Assembly: GCA_038880755.1 (NCBI GenBank)
Contig: JAVZRC010000003.1
Coordinates: forward strand, 17,231 to 81,230
Source: Candidatus Micrarchaeia archaeon
GTDB taxonomy: Archaea > Micrarchaeota > Micrarchaeia > CABMEP01
Reading direction: 5' to 3'
Length of the DNA: 64,000 nt
Shown here one piece after another: positions 1 to 9,102 of the stretch. The position numbers and the translations under genes were made by a program. The notes beneath the pieces were generated by a model that did not search any database, had not been told where the DNA came from, and was given only the letters and a program-made list of their open reading frames with translations. Positions within the stretch are counted from its first letter, which is position 1; the number at the start of each line of letters is the position of its first letter.

Positions 1-1
1 A

Positions 2-106
2 TTCTATCACGATGTAGGATTAGACTATGTAAGCTGCTCTCAATATAGAGTTCCAATTGCAAGATTGGCTTGCGCTCAGGCAGCCATAGCTGACAAGAAA
101 AAATGA
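2..106 (+). CDS. ppdK: C-terminal 34 codons of pyruvate,phosphate dikinase (PEP-utilising enzyme); gene runs off the left edge
   Basis: Frame 2 reads [34 protein letters not shown] then TGA at 104-106. This matches the remembered PPDK C-terminal motif [22 protein letters not shown]. Confidence 0.6.
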   Translation, partial: FYHDVGLDYVSCSQYRVPIARLACAQAAIADKKK

Positions 107-320
107 AAGTAAGAATACAAGATGAAAAGCAAAACGAATGAAAATTTAGTCTTTCCTTTTTTTATTTTCTTTATTTCTTTTATTTTTTATTTAGTTCCTT
201 TTTCTTTCAGTTTTATCTCTTTTAATCTGTTATTTTTATTTGCCTTTTTTGTTTTTTGTTATTTTTTTATTCTTTTGAGTTTTGTCTATTATGTTGTCTA
301 TTATGTTATCTATTATCTTA

Positions 321-1088
321 TTATCTAACATCTTCGTATTCCTGCTTTGACTTTCCAGTAAGGGTGTATTTTATTAGATTTGTGGCATGGAAGAAAAAGA
401 ACTTCTTGTATCCCCAGTGCTTTAGTCGCCTCGCTGAAGTATATGTTACTGCATCAACGAATCTTATCTTTCCTTTTTTCTTTATTCTGTTAAAGAGATC
501 AATGTCTTCTGCAGTTTTAAGATTAAGATTAAATCCCCCTATCTGATTGAATGCATCTTTTCTGACAGCCATGTTCATTCCTGCAACAGCAGGTTTTCCA
601 ATCAGATCGGTGAATCTTATATAAGGTGTGAATAATCTTGCCAGTATATTATCTATCTTGCTTCCATCTCTCATTAGAACTCTTCCATAAACAGCTACAA
701 CCTTTTCATCTTTAGAGAATGCATCTGCTATCTTCTTCAACCAATCTTTCTCTGCGATTGTGTCAGAATCAATAAATGCAATTATATCTCCTTTAGCTAT
801 TTCAGCTCCTTTTTGTCTCTCTGCTGCTGCAGATCTTCTTTTTTCAATTACTACCTTGTCGGCGTACTTTTTTGCAATCTCTCTTGTTCTATCTTCACTG
901 TTTCCATCGCATACAATTATCTCTAATGGTTTGTAAGATTGGCTCTTTAATGATTTTAAGCATGATTCTATGTATTTTTCTTCATTCAATGCAGGAACTA
1001 CCACGCTTATTTCAGGCCTATTATTCAGGTTTCTTTCTTTTTTTTCTTGTCGCACCTTTTCATTATTTCTTTTTTTATCTTTTTTCAT
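321..1088 (-). CDS. family 2 glycosyltransferase
   Basis: ISVVVPALNEE..IIVCDGNSEDRT..IAFIDSDT (DxD) is a typical GT-A/GT2 N-terminal fold signature. It has a Lys-rich N-terminal extension. Confidence 0.8.
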   Translation of the reverse strand: MKKDKKRNNEKVRQEKKERNLNNRPEISVVVPALNEEKYIESCLKSLKSQSYKPLEIIVCDGNSEDRTREIAKKYADKVVIEKRRSAAAERQKGAEIAKGDIIAFIDSDTIAEKDWLKKIADAFSKDEKVVAVYGRVLMRDGSKIDNILARLFTPYIRFTDLIGKPAVAGMNMAVRKDAFNQIGGFNLNLKTAEDIDLFNRIKKKGKIRFVDAVTYTSARRLKHWGYKKFFFFHATNLIKYTLTGKSKQEYEDVR

Positions 1089-1157
1089 TTAGGCACCTTA
1101 TAAATTTAAAAGAAAGAATATGAATTGAAAAAATTAAATGAAATAAAAACAAAAAAA

Positions 1158-3350
1158 TTAGTCCATGAAGTCCTTTGCTGTTGGAGGTTCTTTAGGCTCT
1201 CCTTTTCTTTCACGGACTTTGGTTACCAATTCATTCTGCAGCGAGGTTGGAACAAGCTCGTATCCTGCATATTCATGATACCAGATTGCTCTTCCCTGTG
1301 ATGCAGATCTTAAATCATTGGACATTCCGAATGTCTCTGATACTGGCAGCTTTGCCTTAACAGTGGACAGTTCTCCTTCCTGTCCAATCTCAAGTATTTC
1401 ACCACGTCTTCCCTGCAATGCAGTTATTATGTTTCCTGCATATTCTTGTGGCGATTGTACAAGAAAGATCTGCTTTGGCTCCATGAGCCTTACTCCAGAG
1501 GTGAGCATGCTTGCATAGATTGGTCTCTTTATTGCAGGCATTATTTGAGCAGGACCTCTGTGTGCAGGATCTTCGTGAATTATTGCATCTGTTAATAATA
1601 CCTTCACGCCAACAACCTTTTCTTTTGCAAGAGGTCCCTTATCTACTGCTTCCTCGAATGCTTTGAGCACTAATTCCATGATTTCCTGCATGTATTGTAC
1701 TCCTTTTGTTGCATCAACAAGCACGCATCTGTTCTTTATGTTTAGGACCTTCTTTGCCTGATCTCTTTCCATTCCTGCTTCTACAAGCGCATCAACGATA
1801 GCCTTTCCTTTTGGTCTTCCTTCAGGAATCTTTCCTTCTACTATCGCATTGTAAACTCCCTCTTCAAGAGGTTCAACTTTTATCTTGAATTTGTTGTGTT
1901 TGTTAGGTGATTTTCCTTCAAGTTCAGGTCCTGGTTTAAGTATTGTTTCTCTGTAAACTACGATTGGTGGAGAGGTTTCTATTTCCACTCCTTTTTCCTT
2001 TGAGATCTTGTACTCCACAATCTCAAGGTGCAGTTCACCCATACCGCTTATAAGGTGCTCACCAGTTTCCTGGTTGATCTCTACCTTAAGGGTTGGATCT
2101 TCTTTTGACATCTGTCTTAGAACCTCAATTAACTTGACAAGATCCTTTGTGTTCTTTGCCTCTATTGACTTTGTAACTACAGGTTCAGAGTAGTGCTTGA
2201 TCTGTTCGAACGGTTCAAAGTTTGGATTTTCGCTTATTGTTTCTCCTACATAAAGGTCTCTCAATCCCACTATTGCAGCAATGTTTCCTGCCGGAACTTC
2301 TTCTGCAGGAATTCTGTCTGGACCCATGTAGATTCCTACTTGTTGAACCTTTGATGAAGTGTGTTTTGAGGCGACAGTTAATTCTGTTCCCTTTCTTACT
2401 GTTCCGCTGAATATTCTTGCAACTCCTACCTCTCCAGCATGCTTGTCTACAACCACACCAAATATAATTCCACATACCTTTGCATTAGGATCAGTATTCA
2501 ACATCGCCTTTCCATCTTCTGTGTTTAAATCACCGTGCCACAAGATTGGAATTCTATATACCTGTGCCTCTTGTGGGTTTGGAAGATGTTGGATTACCAT
2601 TGTAAGAACAACTTCATCTATCGGTGCCTTTTCAACTAATGTTTTGTGATCATTTTTAGTACACAACTCATATATATCTGTAAATTTAACTCCCTTTGAC
2701 TTCATGTATGCGAAAGAAGTTGCCCACTTGTTGAAGGCAGATCCGAAAGCAATGTTTCCCTTTTCTACATTTATCTTCCATTCATTTTTCTTGTCTGCAG
2801 GTGCATATTTGTCTATCAGTTTGTTTATATCTGTAATCAGTTTGATTAATCTTTCCTGTGTCTGCTGTGGGGTGTATTTCAGCTCATTGATTAATCTGTC
2901 AATCTTATTGATGAATACTGTTGGCTTTGATTTTTCCTTTAAAGCCTGTCTTAATACTGTTTCAGTTTGAGGCATTATACCTTCAACTGCATCTACTACG
3001 AGAATAATTCCGTCTACCGCTCTCATTGCTCTTGTAACGTGTCCTCCGAAGTCTACGTGTCCTGGGGTATCGATAAGGTTGATGACATATGGCTCTCCAT
3101 TGTACTCGAAACCAAGAGAGATGTTTGCGGATTTGATTGTAATTCCTCTCTTCTGTTCAAGCTCCTCAAAGTCCATGACTCTCTGTTCTCCTGCAAGCTC
3201 CTTGCTAATCAATCCTGCTCTTGCTACTAGAGAGTCTGCTAGTGTTGACTTACCATGATCTACGTGCGCTACTATAGCAATGTTTCTCACGTACTTTAGA
3301 TTTTTCATAAGTTTCTGTACTTCTTCTACAACTAATTCTTTTCTTACCAT
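1158..3350 (-). CDS. fusA: translation elongation factor aEF-2
   Basis: 730 aa with AHVDHGKST G1, DTPGHVDF G3, NKIDR G4 and full EF-2 domain order. It sits downstream of S12-S7 as in the conserved archaeal str-like operon. Confidence 0.95.
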   Translation of the reverse strand: MVRKELVVEEVQKLMKNLKYVRNIAIVAHVDHGKSTLADSLVARAGLISKELAGEQRVMDFEELEQKRGITIKSANISLGFEYNGEPYVINLIDTPGHVDFGGHVTRAMRAVDGIILVVDAVEGIMPQTETVLRQALKEKSKPTVFINKIDRLINELKYTPQQTQERLIKLITDINKLIDKYAPADKKNEWKINVEKGNIAFGSAFNKWATSFAYMKSKGVKFTDIYELCTKNDHKTLVEKAPIDEVVLTMVIQHLPNPQEAQVYRIPILWHGDLNTEDGKAMLNTDPNAKVCGIIFGVVVDKHAGEVGVARIFSGTVRKGTELTVASKHTSSKVQQVGIYMGPDRIPAEEVPAGNIAAIVGLRDLYVGETISENPNFEPFEQIKHYSEPVVTKSIEAKNTKDLVKLIEVLRQMSKEDPTLKVEINQETGEHLISGMGELHLEIVEYKISKEKGVEIETSPPIVVYRETILKPGPELEGKSPNKHNKFKIKVEPLEEGVYNAIVEGKIPEGRPKGKAIVDALVEAGMERDQAKKVLNIKNRCVLVDATKGVQYMQEIMELVLKAFEEAVDKGPLAKEKVVGVKVLLTDAIIHEDPAHRGPAQIMPAIKRPIYASMLTSGVRLMEPKQIFLVQSPQEYAGNIITALQGRRGEILEIGQEGELSTVKAKLPVSETFGMSNDLRSASQGRAIWYHEYAGYELVPTSLQNELVTKVRERKGEPKEPPTAKDFMD

Positions 3351-3378
3351 AATACCTACCTTTATATCAATATAAATG

Positions 3379-3400
3379 AAAAAAGCGAGCGAAAGCCCGC
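3379..3400 (-). terminator. GC hairpin followed by T6 on the transcribed (minus) strand, between S7 and EF-2
   Basis: Plus strand reads aaaaaaGCGAGCgaaaGCCCGC, so the minus strand is GCGGGC-uuuc-GCUCGC followed by UUUUUU. It is an isolated GC-rich stem in AT-rich spacer. Confidence 0.4.
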
Positions 3401-3419
3401 ATGAAAATAAAAAAAGAAT

Positions 3420-4025
3420 TTATCTTGCGCTTCTTGCCATTCTTTCTGTTTCATCCTTCTTCTTTATTGCATAGCTGTTTACATCTCCAGTTGCTGCAAG
3501 TATTATTTCATTTGCAAGCGCTTCTGCGAGTGTGGCTTTCTTATCGAAAGATGAGATTATTGCTGCAAGGCTGATGTTTCTAAGAGCCATGTCCACTCTT
3601 CTCTTTGGAGAAACGTCTACTGCAACCTGGTATCTTACTCCTCCGTATTCCACTCTTGTTACATCTTCTCTCGGAGCGCTGTTTTCTATTGCTTTTATGA
3701 GGTACTGGATTGGATTCTGCTTTGTTTTTTCATGGATGATGTCAAAAGCCTCTTCTACTATTTTTATTACTCTTGTCTTCTTGCCTTGCAACTTTCCATG
3801 GGTTCTTATAAGTTTTCCTCCTACCTTTTCACCAGTTCCTCCTCTCATAAGCTTGTTTACAAGCCTTTCCACTATGTTCTTTTCTATTCTTTTCTTTCTT
3901 TTTCCAACTCTTCCAAAAGTATGAGGCATTACTGAAGGTCTTAAATTTATGTAATCCTTCATTGTCTCATCAGTAATTTGTACATTGTAATCATATTTGT
4001 TGAAAAGCTTATCATTGATCTCCAT
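3420..4025 (-). CDS. rps7: 30S ribosomal protein S7 (uS7)
   Basis: 201 aa. Conserved position between S12 and EF-2, with archaeal uS7-like sequence (VERLVNKLMRGG..GKK, AIENSAPREDVTRV). Confidence 0.9.
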   Translation of the reverse strand: MEINDKLFNKYDYNVQITDETMKDYINLRPSVMPHTFGRVGKRKKRIEKNIVERLVNKLMRGGTGEKVGGKLIRTHGKLQGKKTRVIKIVEEAFDIIHEKTKQNPIQYLIKAIENSAPREDVTRVEYGGVRYQVAVDVSPKRRVDMALRNISLAAIISSFDKKATLAEALANEIILAATGDVNSYAIKKKDETERMARSAR

Positions 4026-4063
4026 ACTATCACTCTATTAAATTTAATTAAGAGAAGAGAGAA

Positions 4064-4486
4064 TCATCTTCTCGGTTTCTCTTTCTTACCTCTTCTTATC
4101 TGTTCAAGACAAGTATTATTTACGGCAATAACCTTGTATCTGACTCCTGGTATGGAACCCATCTGCCCTCTTTGGGATCCACCAAGTCCTTCTACCAAGA
4201 CTTCATCGTGCTCGTCTATGTGGTTTATTGCGCCATCTCTTGGTGCGAATGCAGTGATTATCTTTCCGTTCTTTATTAACTGGATCTTTACGCATTTTAT
4301 AAGACCGGAGTGAGGCTGCTTTTGCTCAAGCACTTTCTTTTCTAGCACTATTCCTCTTGCTGCATGAGCTCCCTCAAGGGGATCGTATTTCTCTTTGAGT
4401 TTCTCAACCTTTCTTCTCCATGTTTTCTTTAACCATCTGTATTTCTTTCTTTTCTTTAATATATCTCTTCCAGAGAATTCTCCCAT
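4064..4486 (-). CDS. rps12: 30S ribosomal protein S12 (uS12)
   Basis: [57 protein letters not shown] matches the archaeal S12 pattern. GGTG Shine-Dalgarno-like motif lies 7 nt upstream of the ATG. Confidence 0.9.
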   Translation of the reverse strand: MGEFSGRDILKKRKKYRWLKKTWRRKVEKLKEKYDPLEGAHAARGIVLEKKVLEQKQPHSGLIKCVKIQLIKNGKIITAFAPRDGAINHIDEHDEVLVEGLGGSQRGQMGSIPGVRYKVIAVNNTCLEQIRRGKKEKPRR

Positions 4487-4699
4487 ATAATTACACCTTA
4501 TAATGTTTAACAGCGTCAGCTGATAAACTTAAGAACACTCATTTAGAGTGTTGTAAACATAAGTGTATTAATCTGTTTTAAGCCCGATGCACAGAAAAAG
4601 TTCTGTAAGGGCAGTTTGATTAAATTTGAATATATATTAGAGATGATATATAATATATATGTTTGTAGTGTTTTTAAATCTTATTTTATTACTCTTCAG

Positions 4700-5101
4700 T
4701 CATGCTCTTATCTCAATTTTCTTAAAGTTTCTTTCAACAAGTATATTTGCGAGCTTTATTTTATTTCCACCTCTTCCGATGACATACTTCCTATCTTCAG
4801 AGCCCGTTATTATCTTAGCAGTGTCACCTTCTATTACAACATTTACTTTTATAGGTGCAAATATGTTGCTAATAAATCTTTCGAGCTCTTCAGACCATTC
4901 TACAACTACTATATCTCTTTTAAGCTTCTTTTTAAGATTATTAATCATCTTTCCTCCAGGCCCTATAACCTTTCCAACATCTCCTTCTGCAACTACTATA
5001 GCAAGCGTTTTTCCATCATCATATACATCTCTTATCGCTGCACGAGTTGCATCCTGAAGGAACATCATAATTTTAATATCTTCATTAGATAGTTTTGTCA
5101 T
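4700..5101 (-). CDS. nusA: archaeal NusA-like protein (two KH domains)
   Basis: 133 aa with two GxxG KH motifs (GPGGKMI, GRGGNKI). Conserved position between L30e and S12. Confidence 0.8.
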   Translation of the reverse strand: MTKLSNEDIKIMMFLQDATRAAIRDVYDDGKTLAIVVAEGDVGKVIGPGGKMINNLKKKLKRDIVVVEWSEELERFISNIFAPIKVNVVIEGDTAKIITGSEDRKYVIGRGGNKIKLANILVERNFKKIEIRA

Positions 5102-5133
5102 TAGATCTCCTTTTTTATAATTCTTTTTATACT

Positions 5134-5436
5134 TTACTCAGCGATCTTTAGAATCTCTGAATCACCAGGTTCTATTATTGCCATCATAAGTACGGGAAAA
5201 GGTTTTCCAGCTAATGATCCTAGCTCTATTGATGGATAATTTAATTCCTTGTAAGGAACTTTCGAATTTTTACATATGTCTATTATTTCATTCTTTAAGT
5301 TCGTTGGACAATTTCCAGCTAAAAGTATAAGCTTTGCATTTCCATGTGCAGCTAGATATTTACAGGTTCTTGTTCCAAATTCTACCTTCCCAGTGTCAAC
5401 ACATATTCTTATTGATTTTTCAATATCTATATTCAT
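5134..5436 (-). CDS. rpl30e: 50S ribosomal protein L30e
   Basis: 100 aa of the L7Ae/L30e family (GKVEFGTRTCKYL..AKLILLAGNCP). Conserved position after rpoA2. Confidence 0.85.
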   Translation of the reverse strand: MNIDIEKSIRICVDTGKVEFGTRTCKYLAAHGNAKLILLAGNCPTNLKNEIIDICKNSKVPYKELNYPSIELGSLAGKPFPVLMMAIIEPGDSEILKIAE

Positions 5437-5463
5437 ATTTTCACCCTATAGTAAGAATAAATT

Positions 5464-6489
5464 TTATTTAGTTTCATGTTTCATTGTAAGCTTCACAAGA
5501 CCAGTTCCTAATGGAACAGGTTGTCCTATTAGTATGTTTTCAGTTACTCCTTTCAATCTATCTTCTTCTCCATTTATTGCAGCATTAACTAAGTGTTTCA
5601 CGGTTTCTTCAAATGCTGCTCTTGCAAGAACTGATGGTTTTCTTCCACTAAGACCATGTCTTCCTACTGAAATAACCTCTCCATCAACAGTCATTGCGTC
5701 AGCAAGAAGACAGATATGCCTTATATCTACATCTGTTTTCTGGATTTTCATAGTGGTATATATCTCATTAACTATTGCATTTCTTGCAGCCTCTATTCCA
5801 AATAAATTGTAGATTTCTATTATATCATTTGTAATGGATCTAGTTGGATCGACATGTGGGAATTTAAATAATTCTGTAAGATTTGATCCTCCTGCAATAA
5901 TTATCCATTCACCATTTTCATCTTGGGTTACAACCGGTTTTGTTATTCCACTAACACCTTTAATATGTAGATTTTTCAATTTATTTGTGAATTTTCTTAA
6001 CATTCTTAATGGTGTATTTTTGGCTGTAAGAAGAACTTTATCAGCTTGATGTTTCATTGTAATGTTGGGTTCTAATTCTGCTTTTATTTTCTTCTTTACA
6101 TGAATCAGATCTATATTTCTTTGCTTTATTTCATCTTTGTCTATTTTTATTAATACTTGTTTCTTTTTAAAGTCTTCAGAAAAAGTTGCAATATCGTTTA
6201 ATATAACTTGGTCTATTTCATTTGCTATTTCTTCTACTTTTTTCTTATCTTTATATTTCTCTTTGAGATATACCATAACGATGGGCTTTTTAGGTTTCTT
6301 TTTTGCATCTACTATTTCAATAAGTCTTGGAAGACCAGTTGGTACTGCCTCGACTACGCCTGGAAGGTGGAAGGTACGCATAGTCATTTGTGTTCCAGGT
6401 TCACCTAAGGAATGTGCAGTAAGTATTCCTACTCCCTCTCCAGGAGTTATCATAATATCTTTTTTCTCTTTATCAATATGCCTTGTCAT
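5464..6489 (-). CDS. rpoA2: DNA-directed RNA polymerase subunit A''
   Basis: 341 aa. GEPGTQMTMRTFH trigger-loop region and C-terminal part of the largest RNAP subunit, immediately after rpoA1. Confidence 0.95.
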   Translation of the reverse strand: MTRHIDKEKKDIMITPGEGVGILTAHSLGEPGTQMTMRTFHLPGVVEAVPTGLPRLIEIVDAKKKPKKPIVMVYLKEKYKDKKKVEEIANEIDQVILNDIATFSEDFKKKQVLIKIDKDEIKQRNIDLIHVKKKIKAELEPNITMKHQADKVLLTAKNTPLRMLRKFTNKLKNLHIKGVSGITKPVVTQDENGEWIIIAGGSNLTELFKFPHVDPTRSITNDIIEIYNLFGIEAARNAIVNEIYTTMKIQKTDVDIRHICLLADAMTVDGEVISVGRHGLSGRKPSVLARAAFEETVKHLVNAAINGEEDRLKGVTENILIGQPVPLGTGLVKLTMKHETK

Positions 6490-6505
6490 TATATCACCAT
6501 TATAT

Positions 6506-9067
6506 TTATTCTTTCTCAGGTATACCTACAGGTGTTAAGAGCTCTTCTTTTATTTTCTTTATTTTCATAGTGTCTCTTCCATCTCCACCATATATGAATT
6601 GTATGATCTTTCCACTTCCATCTCTAACGCTATAATCGTCTTTCACAACTAGATCTTGAAGTGCATTAATCATTCTTCTTTGCATGTATCCAGATCTTGC
6701 AGTTCTTATTGCAGTGTTAACTATAGATTCTCTTGCAGACATGGATTGGAAGAAGTATTCAATTGGGTCAAGACCATCTATGAAATTGGATCTAATAAAT
6801 CCTCTAGCTACAGCACTTAAATCCTTTGGTTTAAAGTGAGAGAGCGTTCTATATCTATATCCTCTATGTAATCTTTTTTCTCTTACTACCTGCTGTGCGA
6901 TTGCTCCAGACATTTGAGTAACGTTTGTCATAGAACCTCTCGCTCCGATCTTTGCTATTATAATTGCCTTATTTTCTTGACCTAAGTCCTCTTCTAATAC
7001 TTTACTTATATCATTTCTAATTTTTCCAAGAGTATCAACTGATTTACTCTCTAGAGTTTCTTTAAGGCTCTTTCCAGGTTCTCTTTCAAGAGTTTTATTC
7101 TTATATTGCATTATGTATACATTTACTTGCTTTTCTGCATTTTCAACAATTTCTTTGATCTTTTTCTTTCCTTCTTCAGATATAGTATAATCCTTCAAAC
7201 TTACAGTCATTCCCTTTATAGTTATAATTTCAGCTGCAATTCTTCCGATAGCATCTATGAATTTTCTTGCTTCTTCATGCCCATAATTTAAGGTTATTGC
7301 TTCTACAATTGCATTTAACGATTTCTTTTCAAAGTATCCACTTATTACTTTTCCATCTTTTATTTCAACAATGCTTTTATCACTACCTTTCTTTCCAATT
7401 TTAGATTCAACCCTAAGATTCAATCCCTTTGGCAAAATTTGAGAGAGTATTAATTTTCCACTATATCTATCTTTTACATCTGGTTTAGGAAGTTCATATA
7501 TTCCTGCCATAGCTAAAAGGTCTGCTGCTTGGCTTTTTGTAAAGGTTGTTTCATCAAGCGATAATAGATAGGTTCCAGTTATACGATCTTGTGTCGGCCC
7601 AATTATTGCATGGCCATGACGTGGTGAAATTATTTGTTTTTCTACCAGCATTAATGTTTCGGCCTCTGCTCTCGCCTCTTCTTTCTGAGGAACATGTATA
7701 TTCATTTCATCTCCATCAAAGTCAGCATTGTATGGGGTTGTGACAGATGGTGGAACTCTGAATGTCTTTCCAGGTAATATCTTTACTCTGTGAGCCATTA
7801 TAGACATTCTGTGAAGAGATGGATAACGATTGAATAATACTATATCTCCATCCATGAGTTGTCTTTCAACAGTCCATCCAGCAGCAATTTCCTTTATTAA
7901 TTCTTCTTTATTAGCGTCTGTAACCTTTCTTCTTCTTCCGTTTGGAGAGGTTACATAAATAGCTCTTGGTTTTTCGTTTGAAGTTATCATCTTTTTGCAT
8001 TCCTCAATATTCCAGTCAGTAACTTTCACCGGCACAGTTAATTCATCAGCTATCTGCTGTGGAACTCCTACTTCATTTATAGATATGCATCCATCTGGGG
8101 ACACTACAGTTCTTGCACTGAAGTTTACTCTTTTTCCAGAAAGGTTGTATCTGAATCTTCCCTCCTTTCCTTTGAGACGCTGTGCCAATGTTTTTAATGG
8201 CATTCCTGACCTGTGTGTTGCAGGAGGTATATTAGGACTTTCATTATTGAAGTAAGTGGTAACATGGTATTGTAAGAGTTCCCATAAATCTTCTATGATA
8301 AGTTGGGGCGCTCCTGCGTTTATATTGGATTCCAATCTCTGATTTATTCTCAAAACTTCTACAAGCTTGTGAGTAAGGTTGTCTTCACTTCTTTCACCGC
8401 TTTCAAGAGTTATAGAAGGTCTCACATTAACAGGCGGAACGGGCAAAACTGTAAGGACTGCCCATTCAGGTCTGCTGTATTCTGGATCAAAGCCAAGCTC
8501 TCTTAAGTCATCATCTGAAATCTTTGCAAGTCTGTCTCTTACCTCTGTAGGAAGCATCAATCTGTCATCTTCATAGAAGTTGGTTGGTCTCTCAAACTTT
8601 ATTTCTTTTTGTTCGGTTTGGCAGTGAGGACATTTTTTAACTTTCTTAGTTCTTGCAAGAACGGTTGCAATCATTTCATCCCTTGTCATTAAGCTACTTT
8701 TTATTTCATCTATTTCCTCCTTTGTAAGTAGTACCTTTCCACATGAATTACAAGTCGACCTTAGAAACATATATATCATTGGGGCGAATTCTGGATGTAT
8801 TACAGGTCTTATCAGTTCTATTGAACCAAAATGACCAGGGCAGGTTCTGACTGTTCCTCCACATGTCTTACATCTTAAACCTGGATCTATAACACCCATT
8901 CTTAAGTCTGCAAATCCTCCTTCAATAGGATATCCATCATCATTATATGTATCAGGTACAAAAAGTTTTACTGCAGACATTTTTCTAATCATCTCTGGAG
9001 AGAAAAGAGTGAATTTTATCTTACTTATATATTTTTCTAAAATTTCATTTTCATCTAATGTAACCAC
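6506..9067 (-). CDS. rpoA1: DNA-directed RNA polymerase subunit A'
   Basis: 853 aa. Zn motif CKTCGG..CPGHFG, catalytic NADFDGDEMN, GTG start codon. Confidence 0.95.
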   Translation of the reverse strand: MVTLDENEILEKYISKIKFTLFSPEMIRKMSAVKLFVPDTYNDDGYPIEGGFADLRMGVIDPGLRCKTCGGTVRTCPGHFGSIELIRPVIHPEFAPMIYMFLRSTCNSCGKVLLTKEEIDEIKSSLMTRDEMIATVLARTKKVKKCPHCQTEQKEIKFERPTNFYEDDRLMLPTEVRDRLAKISDDDLRELGFDPEYSRPEWAVLTVLPVPPVNVRPSITLESGERSEDNLTHKLVEVLRINQRLESNINAGAPQLIIEDLWELLQYHVTTYFNNESPNIPPATHRSGMPLKTLAQRLKGKEGRFRYNLSGKRVNFSARTVVSPDGCISINEVGVPQQIADELTVPVKVTDWNIEECKKMITSNEKPRAIYVTSPNGRRRKVTDANKEELIKEIAAGWTVERQLMDGDIVLFNRYPSLHRMSIMAHRVKILPGKTFRVPPSVTTPYNADFDGDEMNIHVPQKEEARAEAETLMLVEKQIISPRHGHAIIGPTQDRITGTYLLSLDETTFTKSQAADLLAMAGIYELPKPDVKDRYSGKLILSQILPKGLNLRVESKIGKKGSDKSIVEIKDGKVISGYFEKKSLNAIVEAITLNYGHEEARKFIDAIGRIAAEIITIKGMTVSLKDYTISEEGKKKIKEIVENAEKQVNVYIMQYKNKTLEREPGKSLKETLESKSVDTLGKIRNDISKVLEEDLGQENKAIIIAKIGARGSMTNVTQMSGAIAQQVVREKRLHRGYRYRTLSHFKPKDLSAVARGFIRSNFIDGLDPIEYFFQSMSARESIVNTAIRTARSGYMQRRMINALQDLVVKDDYSVRDGSGKIIQFIYGGDGRDTMKIKKIKEELLTPVGIPEKE

Positions 9068-9102
9068 AATACCACCATTAATATCATAAACAAATAATGA
9101 AA

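Noticed and set aside
122-546. 68-aa and 96-aa plus-strand ORFs in the T-rich tract between ppdK and the GT2 gene, with short repeats such as TGTCTATTATGT
   Set aside because: Extreme low complexity (F/L/Y/I runs), partly antisense to the GT2 gene, and no start context. Best read as a T-rich or A-rich convergent termination zone, not coding sequence.
4487-4699. 213-nt nusA-S12 spacer with small hairpins (AACACTC-attta-GAGTGTT at 4534-4552; ACAGAA-aaag-TTCTGT), considered as an sRNA or leader
   Set aside because: No box motifs, no small ORF and no conservation data. A TATA-like stretch and the GGTG-ATG of S12 make an internal promoter or 5' UTR the simplest explanation.
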